A DNA stretch of 64,000 nt, filler included. It is 10 parts of 10 records of this genome, joined end to end, with 100 filler letters (N's around TTAATTAATTAA, not from the genome) between each part and the next. Parts side by side here need not be neighbours in the genome. Positions count along the whole stretch, not along the records: positions 10,545 to 16,461 come from SRR31147125_162107; positions 16,562 to 21,561 come from SRR31147125_162124; positions 21,662 to 27,572 come from SRR31147125_162274; 7 more parts are not named here. One strand, written 5' to 3'. Below, one piece after another: positions 13,487 to 25,831 of this stretch (positions are counted from its first letter, which is position 1; each line of letters opens with the position of its first letter). Made by a program: the position numbers and the translations under genes. The notes under the pieces were generated by a model. That model saw only the letters and a list, made by a program, of their open reading frames with translations. It searched no databases and was not told the origin of the DNA.

Positions 13487-15968
13487 ATGAAGAAAGAAAA
13501 AAATATTTCTGGTTGGATTTTTACTAGCTTTCGGTTTTAGTCTTGTGCCGTTATCACATGCACAGAACCAACAAGGCTTTCCTGATTGGTATGCTGCAAA
13601 CTTGGATTGGGTTGCCGCCGGTTATGATACATATTACTTTCAATCTGATAATGGCGCAACGCTTGCCTGGGCTGAGACATATGTTTTACAAACTTTTAAT
13701 TTGATGTATAGCACAGACAATGATACGCTGTGGCTGCACAAGCTGGCTGAACATGGTTATGCCATCATGAATAGCGCCAAAGATGTTCCGACAGACACCA
13801 CGGTTTACTGCGATTCTCTTTATTTCGATGGATTCCGCGGATGGGGCAGTTCATCTTATTCCGGTGAATATGAAGAATATCTGGTCTGGGATGGACACTT
13901 TTGTACAGAGCTGGCAAAATTTATTCGAACTGTTTATGAAAATGAGGTTCTTTATGTCCAGTTTGGTGCTCGCGCAGATTCACTGCTGAGTTTCATCGAG
14001 CAGCATGTGATTGGCAAATGGTACAGCATCTGGTACCAACCACGAGTCGAACTGTCACAGAGTGATCAGTCAATAAACGATACCTATCATCGATGGATTG
14101 GCGGCCAAAATCTGCGCCAATTACCTGTTAACAGGTACACTGCCTTTGGAACTCTTTTGGTGGAATTATGCTCTATAGCAAAATCGTCCCATTACAGACC
14201 TTTTAATCCGGATTATATTCCATGGTACAAACAAGTCGCGACAGAAATGGCTATGGAGTTATATTCGCAATACAGATACATTTCAGGTATTGATGCTTAT
14301 TGGTGGGCGTATTCTATGGGGTCAAATTCTAATGATATTTCGCACTCTGCAATAGAGGTGGCGTTTGCCTACGATTGCTATCAAAATGATCTTGTTTTCA
14401 CAAAAACTGATATGAAGCGTCTGGCACATACGATGACCCGACACCTTTGGAAAAATCCGGGTGATTTCCAAAATACCGAACTGTGGGATTATTTTGACCA
14501 AACTGATAGAACGCAAAATGGATACGATTGTTATATTCGAAAGTGGGGAGTGCTTGGTTCACTCGATCCATTGGTATGCGGTGTTGTAAGCGGTGTTATG
14601 CGCGAATATGCTGAAACGGGAAATTACTCCTCCGGTGTTTATGCGGCTGGCATTGCTGCCCTGGCCTGGGTAAATAAAAAGGCATACCCGATCGTCAAGT
14701 CTGTTGGAGTGGAGCACAAGGAAATTTCCGGCGATGGTGATCAATTCCCGGAACCGGGTGAAGAACTTGAACTTTACATTTCAATTGCTAATTGGGGAAA
14801 CAAAACTGTCGATAGCTTAAATTTGACCGTCGAATGTGAGGATGAGCGCGTCGAATTCACTAAAAAGACAACAGCGTATTTTAACATAGAATCCGTTGAC
14901 ACACTTTCAAATACTCAAACGCCGTTCGTCTTTAAGGTGAAATCAAATGCAAAACAAGGCGGCAATATCACTGTATCGCTCCTTTTTCAGTGCGAAGGTA
15001 GGTCATGCACAGATTCATTACAATTTACAATTGGACCGATGTCAGTATTGTTCGTTGACGATGATGGTGGCACATCATCCGAGGTGCATTATCGGAAAGA
15101 CATCCTGGATAGTTTGTGCCTCTATCAATACTGGGACGTTGCAAAGTATGGCAGCCCGGCTCAACACCTGCACGATTTCGACAAAGTCATCTGGTCTACT
15201 GGAGAGCGAAAAAACAACATATTCAGCGATATTGAACGCTCAGAAATAAGAAATTACCTGGATAATGACGGAAAATTCATATTATTCAGCCAGGGAGCTG
15301 AAAGCGCGCTACTGGATGGCACAAGGCCAGATTCAACTTTTTTTAATAATTATCTTCACACTTGGGCCAGCAATGGGAAAGTGGATGGCAGATGGAGTAA
15401 GGTCAACAGTGTTATCCCGGAATTTTGTCCATCGCGCTTTCTGATGTTGGCCTCTGATAGTACCGATTCATTCCGGGCTATTAACCCTGCCGCAGACGCG
15501 ACTTCCATTTTTGCTTATTCTTTTGGCTGTGGGGGATTGTATACAAATTCGTTTCATTGTTTGGTTTACCTTACGTTCGGGCTTGAACATATACAGAGGT
15601 GCGACTTTAGCCATGACAAATTGAGCATAAAACGGCATATTATGGGTAAACTTTTGGAAATTGTTGATCAGCCGGCTTCCTGTATATCATCAATACAAAA
15701 TCAGCCATATGATTTTTCGATTGGTTCGTATCCAAATCCCTTTAATTGCCAGACGTGTATCCAGTTTCATCTTTCTTCCGCATCCTATGTTAAAGTTGAA
15801 ATATTTAATGCGTTGGGGCAAAGTGTTGCGGTGTTAACGGACAGACAATACCAGTCAGGAGAACATCGGCTTTACTGGAATCCTGTTAATAAGGAGAGTG
15901 GGATATATTTTTGTAAAATTAATACCGTACAGGGAAATAAGGTTGTGAAGCTTTTATTGTTGAAATAA
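13487..15968 (+). CDS. Secreted multidomain protein with a T9SS type A-like C-terminal sorting domain
   Basis: Removing one A from the A-run near 13500 restores the signal peptide MKKEKIFLVGFLLAFGFSLVPLSHA. GDGDQFPEPGE and LFVDDDGG modules. Tail YPNPFN...IFNALGQ...SGIYF...KLLLLK. Confidence 0.8.
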
Positions 15969-16085
15969 TAACAAGAAGTTAAGTGGCTTTTTAAAAGTGA
16001 GAAATTATTCGAAATAGTATTTACAAAACTGAGATCGAACGGTAATGCTATAAAATTTATTAGGAGGATTCCTAAAGGAGGGGTC

Positions 16086-16461
16086 GTGAAATTTTATAAA
16101 AATCTGTTAATAATATTGTTAATGTCTATCTCAACAGCTTATTCCCAGATGAACAGCTCAGATTTTGATGTGTATTTTGTCGGTGAAAAACTTGATGTGG
16201 AGAATGATTCCACCCGGTTTTATTTCTCAATACCGGATAGTGCTGCCGTATTGATAAACTTTGTTCTCAGTTCCAACACCGATTGGGAAGAGTGTGATAA
16301 TGAAAGCGCTATACTTGATGTGTGTGCTGATCAGGATTCATTGACCAGGCAAAGTGTTGTTGTCTATAATGGACGAAAAAAAACAGAATATGCCCGTTAT
16401 TTGTGGGAATTGCGTGCAGGTGACCATTTTGTCGATCTGGTGTTCAATCCTGAAAAATCAG
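16086..16461 (+). CDS. Hypothetical secreted protein (3' truncated)
   Basis: AAGGAGG RBS, GTG start and a signal peptide. Confidence 0.65.
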
Positions 16462-16561
16462 NNNNNNNNNNNNNNNNNNNNNNNNNNNNNNNNNNNNNNN
16501 NNNNNTTAATTAATTAANNNNNNNNNNNNNNNNNNNNNNNNNNNNNNNNNNNNNNNNNNNN
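16462..16561. other. Artificial contig linker
   Basis: N-run, TTAATTAATTAA, N-run. Confidence 0.98.
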
Positions 16562-17124
16562 AGGAATAAAGTTTGTAATGTATCGGTCCATACAATTGTT
16601 TTTATTCCTCCCCGAAATGTATAAACCCAAATTAAAGCAATGGTAACAATAACGGTTAAACTGAAAGGAATATTAAATGCGTCGAAAAAGGCAATTTGCA
16701 AAACTCCGGCCACTAAAAACAAGCGAAATGCAGCTCCAATAAGTTTCGAAATAAGGAAGAAAAAGGAACCGGTTTTATAGGAGTTTATTCCAAAACGTTG
16801 TTCCAAAAAGGAATATATTGACATAAGGTTTAATCGATAGTAAAGCGGAATTAAAATGCCTGCTACCAGCCAGTAACCAACTATATTTCCCAATACAAAT
16901 TGCATATAAGAAAATGCAGAATTACCAACTTCGCCGGGAACAGAAATAAAGGTAACTCCGGAAAGTGTAGCACCTACCATTCCAAAAGCAACCAAATACC
17001 AGGGCGATTTTCGGTTTGCGGTAAAAAATGTTTGTGTATCTGCATTTCGCGAAGTAAACCACGATATTCCAACCAACACAAAAAAGTATCCTAAAATAAT
17101 ACTGAGAACTAAATATGGGCTCAT
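16562..17124 (-). CDS. Sodium:solute symporter (SSS family), N-terminal part
   Basis: FFTANRKSPWYLVAFGMVGATLSGVTFISVPG and GGIKTIVWTDTLQ. Confidence 0.88.
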
Positions 17125-17130
17125 AATGTT

Positions 17131-18300
17131 TTATTCAAAATCTGGGTATAACAAATATTTTTTTCGAAGAACTTTAAACTGGTCTAATTCTTCCTGCCAA
17201 CTTTTAAAAATTTCTTGTTCCGTTTTTCCTTCTCTAATTTGTTTTATCAAATCATCGGTTCCGGCCAGCAGGTTAAGCCATTTTTCGCGAGTAAGGAACT
17301 CTGCTTTATCTTCATATTTGTTGTAAAAATCGAGAAAATATTTTAATGTAAAAGGCGGAACTTCTTCGAGTTCCCGAAGATCTACTCCATAACATTTTTG
17401 ATCTTTGTTAAGCGGATTTACAGAAACTCCCGGAATGCTTCTTGGAGTAAATTCAAACGCACCTAAATCCTGCCTTAAACCACCTAAAACCTGGAAAGGA
17501 AAATCGGTTCCCCGCCCCACACTTACACTGGTAGCTTCGAAAAAACACAACGATGGATACAAGCGAATCGACAAATCGTTAGGCAAATTTGGCGATGGTC
17601 TTACTGGTAGCGAGTAAGGCATTGAATGGGTATAATTTTTTACAGGAATAACGGTAAGCTCACATTTTTGAGGAGCCTCGTGCCAGCTTTCTTCATTCAT
17701 CATATTGGCCAACTCGCCCACAGTGCAACCGTGCACAATTGGAATCGGGTCCATGCCAACAAACGACTCGAAACCTTTTTTACGTACCGGCCCGTCCACA
17801 TAATCGCCATTTGGATTGGGGCGGTCGAAAACAATTAAAGGCAAACCATTTTCGGCACAAGCTTCCATTACCAAATGCAGTGTTGAAATGTAAGTATAAA
17901 ACCTGCACCCAACATCTTGAATATCAAAAATAACTACATCCAGATTTTCCAAATGTTCGGCTGTTGGTTTCCTGTTTTTGCCGTATAAAGACAGAACCGG
18001 CAAGCCTGTTTTTGTATCAATGCCATCTTCTACTTTTCCGCCTGCCGAAACATCGCCACGAAAACCATGCTCCGGGGCAAACACTTTCGTAATTTTTATG
18101 CTGTTGTTCAATAAAAAATCAACGATGTGCGTATTGCCAACCATTGACGTATTGTTAACAACCATACCTACATTTTTTTCCTTAATCAGAGGTAAATAAA
18201 GGTCGGGCTGCGCTCCCCCAACAACTATTTCAGTCTTTTCCCGGGAATTACAACTACAGAAAAAAACCAATAAAATCAGCAGAAAATTTATTCTGAGCAT
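17131..18300 (-). CDS. namZ: Exo-beta-N-acetylmuramidase NamZ (DUF1343), lipoprotein
   Basis: FAPEHGFRG, FDIQDVGCRFYTY, DRPNP, PSPNLP, SVGRGT and a lipobox-like FFCSC. Confidence 0.85.
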   Translation of the reverse strand: MLRINFLLILLVFFCSCNSREKTEIVVGGAQPDLYLPLIKEKNVGMVVNNTSMVGNTHIVDFLLNNSIKITKVFAPEHGFRGDVSAGGKVEDGIDTKTGLPVLSLYGKNRKPTAEHLENLDVVIFDIQDVGCRFYTYISTLHLVMEACAENGLPLIVFDRPNPNGDYVDGPVRKKGFESFVGMDPIPIVHGCTVGELANMMNEESWHEAPQKCELTVIPVKNYTHSMPYSLPVRPSPNLPNDLSIRLYPSLCFFEATSVSVGRGTDFPFQVLGGLRQDLGAFEFTPRSIPGVSVNPLNKDQKCYGVDLRELEEVPPFTLKYFLDFYNKYEDKAEFLTREKWLNLLAGTDDLIKQIREGKTEQEIFKSWQEELDQFKVLRKKYLLYPDFE

Positions 18301-18313
18301 AAATTTAAAACAT

Positions 18314-18333
18314 TACATTTGCATGCGAAGATA
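18314..18333. promoter_or_regulatory. Divergent Bacteroidota -7 promoter boxes
   Basis: TACATTTG on + (18314-18321) and TATCTTCG on - (18326-18333) match or approximate the TAnnTTTG consensus. Confidence 0.5.
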
Positions 18334-18371
18334 GATTTTAATTTTTTTAAAAGGAATCAATTCACAAAAAA

Positions 18372-21300
18372 ATGAAGCCAACACCTAATATAGTATTACT
18401 GCTATTTATATTGCTATTTGCAACAATTTCAAAAGCCCAGGAACCTCCTTTTCTGAAATATTTAAACGACGAATGGGTAAACGGGCAAATAACAGAAATG
18501 AGCCTTGAAGAGAAGATTGCTCAATTGTTGATGATTACGGTATATCCCAAACAAAACGATGCCAGTAAAACAATTTATCTGAACAGAATAAAGAAGTACA
18601 CTCCCGGTGGAATTCTGGTTATGCAGGGAACTCCGGCAAAAACCGCTTCGTGGATTAATGAGTTTCAGGCTGCAGCAAAAACGCCATTATTGGTTGCTGT
18701 TGATGGGGAATGGGGACCTGCAATGCGAATAGACAGCACCATTATTTACCCTTATGCACAAACACTTGGAGCAGTACAAGACACAACACTTATTTATGAA
18801 ATGGGCCGCGATTATGCGAAGCAATTAAAGTTGATGGGAATAAATATGAACTTTGCTCCGGTTGCCGATATTAACACCAATCCTGCAAATCCGGTTATTG
18901 GATTTCGCTCGTTTGGAGAAGATAAAAATAATGTGGCCGAAAAAACCTGGATGGTAGCAAAAGGCATGCAAAACGAAGGAGTTATTCCGGTTGCCAAACA
19001 TTTTCCGGGGCATGGCGACACAAAAACCGATTCGCATAAAACGCTTCCATTGGTTCCGCACACAAAAAAACGATTAAACAAAATTGAGTCATTTCCTTTC
19101 CGTTTCCTTTCTGAAAAAGGGATTTCCGGAATTATGAGTGGACACCTGAATGTGCCGGCCTTGGATCCTTCAGGAAAAACCTCGTCGTTATCGAAAAAGG
19201 TTATTACAGATTATTTAAAAGATGAAATTGGATTTAAAGGATTTGTAGTTACCGATGCCATAACAATGAAAGGTGTTAAAGCTCCGGCAGGACGAGCTGA
19301 ATTAGAGGCACTGATTGCCGGGAACGATTTGGTTGAATTTGTTCCTGATTTAGGGAAAGCCATTAACACAATAAAAGCCGCTGTTGAAAAAGGTGAAATT
19401 TCGGCAGATGAAATTGAAGCGAAATGCAGAAAAATACTCGCACTTAAACGCTGGACGAATCTTAATAAATATGAACCCAACACGCTTAAAAATCTGAGTG
19501 GACAACTCAACTCTCCTTATTTAAAAGTAACCGAACGAAAACTAATAAAAGGCTCTTTTACTGTTCTTGCAAATACAGGAATTTTGCCGGTTCAAAACCT
19601 CGAGAAAAATAAAATTGCGACAGTAACGATTGGGAATACAAGCAAATCTGCATTCCAAAAAATGATTGACAATTACACAAAAGTTGATCATTTCACTCTG
19701 TCGAAACTGGCAACAGAAAAAGAATGGGCAAACCTACGGGCCAAATTATCGAACTACAACCTTATTATTGCCGGAGTTGAAGGAATTCACAAATATCCGA
19801 ATGGGAAATACGGAACCAGTGCAATTCAGCGAAAAGCGGTTTCTGAAATTATTCAGGAAAAGAACTCGGTGCTCGTTTTCTTTGGAAATGCTTATGCGTT
19901 AAGACACTTCGATAACATTCAACATGCCGACGGATTAATACTGGCCCACCAAAATAGTGAGCTAACACAAGAATTGGCAGCACAACTTGTTTTTGGCGCA
20001 TTTACGGCAAATGGCAAACTTCCGGTAACTGTCGACTCTCGTTTTAAAGTAAACGACGGAATAGAAGTAAAAGGCAATAAATGCTTTGCGTATACCATTC
20101 CTGAAGAGCTTGGAATAAATTCAGAAAAACTGGCACAAATTGATACCATTGCCCAACGCGGATTGGAAGGGAAAGCATACCCGGGATGCCAGGTTTTGAT
20201 TGCCAGAAATGGTGAAATTATTTACCACAAATGTTTTGGATATTTAACCTACAGCAAAAAACAAAAAGTAACTGAAAATAATGTGTACGATTTTGCGTCG
20301 GTTACCAAGGTTACCGGACCGCTGCCGGGGATTATGAAAATGGTGGATGAAAAAAAATTATTCTCGATTCTAAATTCAGCAATTACTGGCCCGATTGGAA
20401 AGGTTCGAACAAAGAAAACCTGATTTTTAGAGATGTACTGGCACACCAGGCCCGGCTAGAGCCTTATATTCCGTATTGGATGAATTGTGTTACCGAAGAC
20501 GGCGAATTAGATCGTACTATTTTTCGCGACCGACCTTCCGACGAATTTTGCGTACGCGTGTCGGAACACTTGTACATGAATTCCAATTATAAGGCTGAAA
20601 TGATGAAAGCCATTCGCGAATCGGAATTACTACGAAGAAAAAATATACCTACTCGGGCCTCAGCTTTTATTTGTATCCCGAAATTCTTACAAACCTTACC
20701 GGTGTTCAGTACGAAAAATACATGAAAGAAACTTTCTATAAACCACTTGGAGCGCACACCATAACTTACAATGCCTACCAGCACTTCCCTTTAAAACAAA
20801 TTGTTCCAACTGAAAACGACGATTTCTTCAGGATGGAAAATCTGCACGGTTTTGTACACGACGAAGGAGCTGCTATGATGGCCGGAATTTCGGGCAACGC
20901 CGGATTGTTTGGAACAACAAACGATTTAGCCAAAATTTTTCAGATGTATTTGCAGAAAGGATATTTTGGCGGCAGACGACTCATTTCTGAAAAAACGATG
21001 AATGAATTTACCCGTATTCAATATCCACAAAACAAAAATCGTCGTGGATTGGGATTTGACAAACCACTTATAGATAACTACAAAAACGAGTTAGAAGATG
21101 CTTATCCCGCCGTATCGACAAGTAAAAATAGTTTTGGGCACAGCGGTTATACCGGCACTTTTGCCTGGGCCGATCCCGAAAATGGCTTACTTTATATTTT
21201 TATGTCGAACAGGGTGCATACAACACGCAACAACTCAAAATTATACGAACTTAATATCCGAACCGAAATGCACCAGGCTATTTACGATAGCTTCGAATAA
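18372..21300 (+). CDS. GH3 beta-N-acetylglucosaminidase (NagZ-like) fused to a beta-lactamase/serine hydrolase domain (frameshifts near 20355 and 20640)
   Basis: DGEWG, FAPVAD, RSFGE, KHFPGHGDT..DSH; then YPGCQV, DFASVTK (SxxK), GFVHDEGAA, GNAGLF and FGHSGYTG. Confidence 0.85.
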
Positions 21301-21561
21301 ACTCCGGCATCTTAAAAAATGTTAACTCATTAAAACAGATTCCTGTTATATAACATACTCCTGTTTTTTACAAAACACTGCTTTTCAAACACTTAATTTT
21401 TCACTTAAACAATATATCACTAATTAGTCTTTCAAAATCCTCTCAGACTGAACATAAGGTATACGTGAAGCTTTCATTATTAAATTATTAATTATAATTT
21501 TAAACCACGTTCTTTTAATACAAACAATTATTAATTAATAATACCACAGCGATATGGAAAA

Positions 21562-21661
21562 NNNNNNNNNNNNNNNNNNNNNNNNNNNNNNNNNNNNNNN
21601 NNNNNTTAATTAATTAANNNNNNNNNNNNNNNNNNNNNNNNNNNNNNNNNNNNNNNNNNNN
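21562..21661. other. Artificial contig linker
   Basis: N-run, TTAATTAATTAA, N-run. Confidence 0.98.
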
Positions 21662-22286
21662 AATTTTTCCCTTCGTGCCGGGTCTTTGTCTGTGGCCTGA
21701 TGAAACATCGGGGTGTCGATGAATCCCGGGGCAATAGCGTTCACCCGGACATTATCAGAGGAAACTTCACTTGCAATGGTCCTGACGATACCATGCAGGG
21801 CACTCTTTGCTGCCGAGTATACTGTCGTATTGTTGAGTCCGATGAATGCACTCATGGAAGAAATATAGAGAATACTACCGGATTTTTTTCCCTCATATGC
21901 GGTAGTACAGCCTGTGTAAGGGCTGTAGAACCAAAGACGTGGACGTTGAAAACATTGATAAAATCATCATACGTAATGCATTCAATTCCTTTCTTGCAAT
22001 GAACCCCCGCGTTGTTGACCAGAATGTCAATTTGACCACGGTCATCAAGTATTTTTTCAATCAAAGCGGGAGCCAGTTCAGGTTTGCTCACATCGTAGAG
22101 ATGGTAGGATGCATCGGTGAGTTTCAAAACAGTTTTCTGTAATTTCTCTTCATTGCTATGGCCTATGATGACGACATGCGCACCGGCTTCACTCATACAT
22201 TTAGCCATTGAAAACCCAAGTCCGCTTCCACCGCCTGTAATTACGGCTACTTTATTTTTTAAGCTGAAAGCTTCTGTGAAAATCAT
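21662..22286 (-). CDS. SDR family oxidoreductase (gluconate 5-dehydrogenase-like), frameshift near 21885, 3' truncated
   Basis: TGGGSGLG, NNAG, YSAAK and VNAIAPG. Confidence 0.85.
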
Positions 22287-22297
22287 GTCAATATCTC

Positions 22298-22954
22298 CTA
22301 TAAAATCCCGAATTTTTCAAAAGCGGCGGTTGCAGACATTCCCTTTTCAATGGCTTGTCTGACGATTTTTTCACCTCTCACTTTTTCCAAAGCGGCTTCT
22401 GTTACTTCATTAATCATTCTTTTGGGAATCACAACGACACCATCCACATCCCCGAAAATCAGATCTCCCGTCTCTACCCTGACTTCTCCGATTTCAATGG
22501 TACAGCGGTAGTCGACTACCTGAGTGCGGACCGATGAGTCCTGTGCATACCGGCCTCTGCTGAATACAGGCCAGTTTTGCTCCAGCATCTGGGGCGTATC
22601 GCGATGATATCCGTTGATTACAGCCCCTGCAGCACCTTTGATCCGGGCTGTTGCCGTGAGCAGTTCTCCCCAGTAGGCACAACGCATATATCCACCGCTT
22701 GCTAAATACACTTCATTGGGCTGCAGCTGATCCAATGCCTCTGTCAGCAATCCAAAGGGTTTTTTTTGTGGCCCATATACATCAATCATCAGAACAGGCA
22801 TTGCATAGCCTACAAGTTTCAATTGAGTCTGGTTTTGAATCTTCTGGGGTAGAAATTGATGATAGAATCCCATTGTATCGAGAATGTCTCCGACCACTGG
22901 TGTGTATAGTTCATTCTGATAGTATTTCAATAAACCGGTTTCATTATCTTTCAT
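22298..22954 (-). CDS. RraA/HMG aldolase family protein
   Basis: [17 protein letters not shown] and [15 protein letters not shown]. Confidence 0.85.
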   Translation of the reverse strand: MKDNETGLLKYYQNELYTPVVGDILDTMGFYHQFLPQKIQNQTQLKLVGYAMPVLMIDVYGPQKKPFGLLTEALDQLQPNEVYLASGGYMRCAYWGELLTATARIKGAAGAVINGYHRDTPQMLEQNWPVFSRGRYAQDSSVRTQVVDYRCTIEIGEVRVETGDLIFGDVDGVVVIPKRMINEVTEAALEKVRGEKIVRQAIEKGMSATAAFEKFGIL

Positions 22955-24013
22955 CGCAATCCTCCAATAATGTAAATGCAGCCTTCATATACCCCAGTGC
23001 ATAAGCCATTCCTGAATACCAGCTTTCGGAGGGGTCCATCAGTGGTGTATGATCAGGTATAAACACTCCGTCGAATCCCGTTTTTTTGAATGTTTTCAGG
23101 GCTTTGAGAATATCAATATCACCCTCATCAATGAACACTTCACGATAAGAGGGGACCTTGCCGATCACGTTCCTGAAGTGCACGTAACTAATCCTGTTTT
23201 GACCTGCATAGGCTTCGATTGCATCATAGATATTCCCTTCACTCATCTCCTGAATGCTTCCCATGCAGAATTCAGTTTGTTGGCATGGCTTGGGTTCATA
23301 TCAATGAGGTTTTGATACATCCTGGGCTGGTAAACCAGTCTGGGAGTACCGCGGAGGGTCGGCATGGGCGGATCATCAGGATGAAGTGCCATCTCGACAC
23401 CGCATTCTTCGGCAACAGGAAGAATCTCATCAAGGAAGCGTTTTAGACGACTCCAGATTTCTTCATGGGAAATTTCCTCCAGAGTCCCCTCTAGAGTGGG
23501 GTTGTAAGTCATGTTCCATATTTCCCCGTTTGGGATTTTAGCGTCCAAATCCAGTCCAGAGGCGTCAAAACATGCTGATTCCGCCCCTCCCCGCGCTGCA
23601 TTCAGACGTTGGTGGCCCCAGACTCCTGCCAGACTGAAGTTGTATCCAAAGGCCTTGATTCCTGCTTTTCCCACATTTCTAATGATATTCTTAAGGTTTT
23701 CCATCTGAATTGCCCTGTTCGGGCCATCAAGGAGGACATCATACCAGTCAAAGGGGTTGAAGTTTTCTATTCCATAAATGACCAGTTTATGTCGTGCCGC
23801 CATTTCCTGTAGGCGTTTCATATTCTCATAGCTCCAAACTTCAGGTTCGGAGATTGAAAGACCATAATTCTTCTTTGAATTGGATGCCGATACTATTTCT
23901 TCCTTGTAATAGGAGGCAAGATGAATGATAAGATGGGTACATCCAGCTTGCTCTGCAAAGGTAAAGTTTTCTTCATTCAATTGATGCCTATATAAACCAA
24001 GTCCTAATTTCAT
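22944..24013 (-). CDS. uxuA: Mannonate dehydratase (UxuA)-like protein, frameshift near 23270
   Basis: [44 protein letters not shown] and AYALGY. Confidence 0.75.
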
Positions 24014-24150
24014 TATTTCTATCCCTGCAACATTACATACATATTTGTTGCTACATCATAAAATGGGATACCTGAAAATAATTCCTCATATCATTTCAAT
24101 TATTGCTCTATATTGATATTTTCTATATTTTTTCTCATAATGATTTAACG

Positions 24151-25011
24151 ATGCTACATACAATCAATGCGCAGAATCTGTTGAATACGGAAACAGAAAC
24201 TCATTATGACTTCCGTACCGGAGTACCTACGAGCGAATATCCGCAGGTTCATGATTTTTTTGAGTTTACCTTTGTAACAAGCGGTTCTTTCTATATTGAT
24301 CTCATGGAAAACCGGCATGAAGTCAGAGAGGGCGATCTTATTATGCTTTTTCCCAACATCATCCATGCCAAGTATGAAAATCCTAAACAGACTTCGTCTC
24401 ATATTAATTTAGCCTTTCTGTCGACCACCATGGATGAAGTGTTTACCTTCTTGTATGGCAAAACTCCTGAGAAAATGGTCCCTGATTTAACCCAGATAAT
24501 TGTACGTTTGACAAAAAATGAAAAAACAAGATTACAGGCAGCGATGGAATACCTTACTTTTTTCCCCGGTTCAGAAGTCGAGGTAAAACGGATTTATGCC
24601 AGAAAACTGTTGTGTGATATTATTTATGAACATGTCATGCCGACGTATTTTGCCATCGGCCGGAACCTTATAATTCCCAACTGGATGCAAAACCTTATAA
24701 GTGAGATGCAGAACCCTGACAACCTCTTTGATGGGATGAAGTTCATTCTTAAGTGTTCAGGTAAGACTAAGTCCCATATCTGCAGGAGTTTTAAAAAATA
24801 TCTCAATACGACACCGACCAAATATATTAATTCGAACAGGCTTACCTATGTGGCAAACATGCTCCATCATTCAGATATTGATATTCTGACGCTTTCGAAT
24901 AATGTTGGCTTTATTTCCACCAGTTACTTCTATTCTCTCTTTAAGGCAGAGTTTGGAGTAACGCCTTTGCAGTACAGAAATCTCTATCAGAAGGGGAGAA
25001 GTAACCTCTAA
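24151..25011 (+). CDS. AraC family transcriptional regulator (cupin + HTH)
   Basis: HDFFEF cupin motif and C-terminal GFISTSYFYSLFKAEFGVTPLQYR. Divergent from the uxuA-like gene. Confidence 0.88.
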   Translation: MLHTINAQNLLNTETETHYDFRTGVPTSEYPQVHDFFEFTFVTSGSFYIDLMENRHEVREGDLIMLFPNIIHAKYENPKQTSSHINLAFLSTTMDEVFTFLYGKTPEKMVPDLTQIIVRLTKNEKTRLQAAMEYLTFFPGSEVEVKRIYARKLLCDIIYEHVMPTYFAIGRNLIIPNWMQNLISEMQNPDNLFDGMKFILKCSGKTKSHICRSFKKYLNTTPTKYINSNRLTYVANMLHHSDIDILTLSNNVGFISTSYFYSLFKAEFGVTPLQYRNLYQKGRSNL

Positions 25012-25176
25012 TATTACACCCTTTTTTTACGACTGCCGGCCCGGCATTTCCCGTATTCCAGCCAATCATCATTTCTATCCCTTGCGTGGGGAATCCGGGT
25101 GGGTTGGAATCTTGTTCGGGTTGAGATTGGGGCATCTTCTTTTTTCTGCCGACTGTCAGGCGGGTGTGTGCAGGCT

Positions 25177-25752
25177 TTATAGATTTTTAAACATTTTACA
25201 TATTTGATGCTTTTCTTCCTGATTACTAAACAACCCAAGATAATCAACTATATCTAAAGAAAAATCTATAAAGGCTGAGCCTGTAGCTGTAATAATATGA
25301 CGATCTTTTACAACAGGCTGCTCAATATAATTGCCCCAGTTGAAGGGATCTTCCAATTTCATCTCTATTAATACTTCAGGTATAGCTGTTGTTGTGAATC
25401 TTGATTGATGAAGAACATTGGCTCTAGCTAGAAACAAGGGGCCAAAACATATTGCTGCAAGGAGTTTTTGTCTATTGTGTAAATTGACAATCAATTCAGA
25501 GAATTCAGCAGAGATCGAGTTACTGATACCGCCTGGAATAACTAATCCGTCCACATCGTCAATTGATTCCAAGTCTTGAATTCTCATTTCCGGAATAAAG
25601 GAAATCCCATACTTGCTGATTTTCGGAGAAAGATCTTCAGAAACAGATATTAATTGTTTATCATATTCAGGAGTTGATAATAAGGCAACCAAAAATGAAA
25701 ATTCAAAATCGACCATTCCATTGTAAAAATAAATAAGGACCTTTCTTTTCAT
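25177..25752 (-). CDS. DJ-1/PfpI family protein
   Basis: Read on the reverse complement: AAGGAG RBS, MKRKVLIYFYNGMVDFE, LVIPGG, AAICFGP and IITATG. Confidence 0.85.
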   Translation of the reverse strand: MKRKVLIYFYNGMVDFEFSFLVALLSTPEYDKQLISVSEDLSPKISKYGISFIPEMRIQDLESIDDVDGLVIPGGISNSISAEFSELIVNLHNRQKLLAAICFGPLFLARANVLHQSRFTTTAIPEVLIEMKLEDPFNWGNYIEQPVVKDRHIITATGSAFIDFSLDIVDYLGLFSNQEEKHQICKMFKNL

Positions 25753-25831
25753 CAATTTCTCCTTAGTAGAATAATGATAATTATTTAGTGAGGTAATCAA
25801 AAAATAATTAAACGATCTTTTATTGTTCTGT

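Noticed and set aside
25012-25176. Weak terminal inverted similarity between the araC and DJ-1 gene ends (possible MITE)
   Set aside because: Too degenerate, with no second copy in the window.
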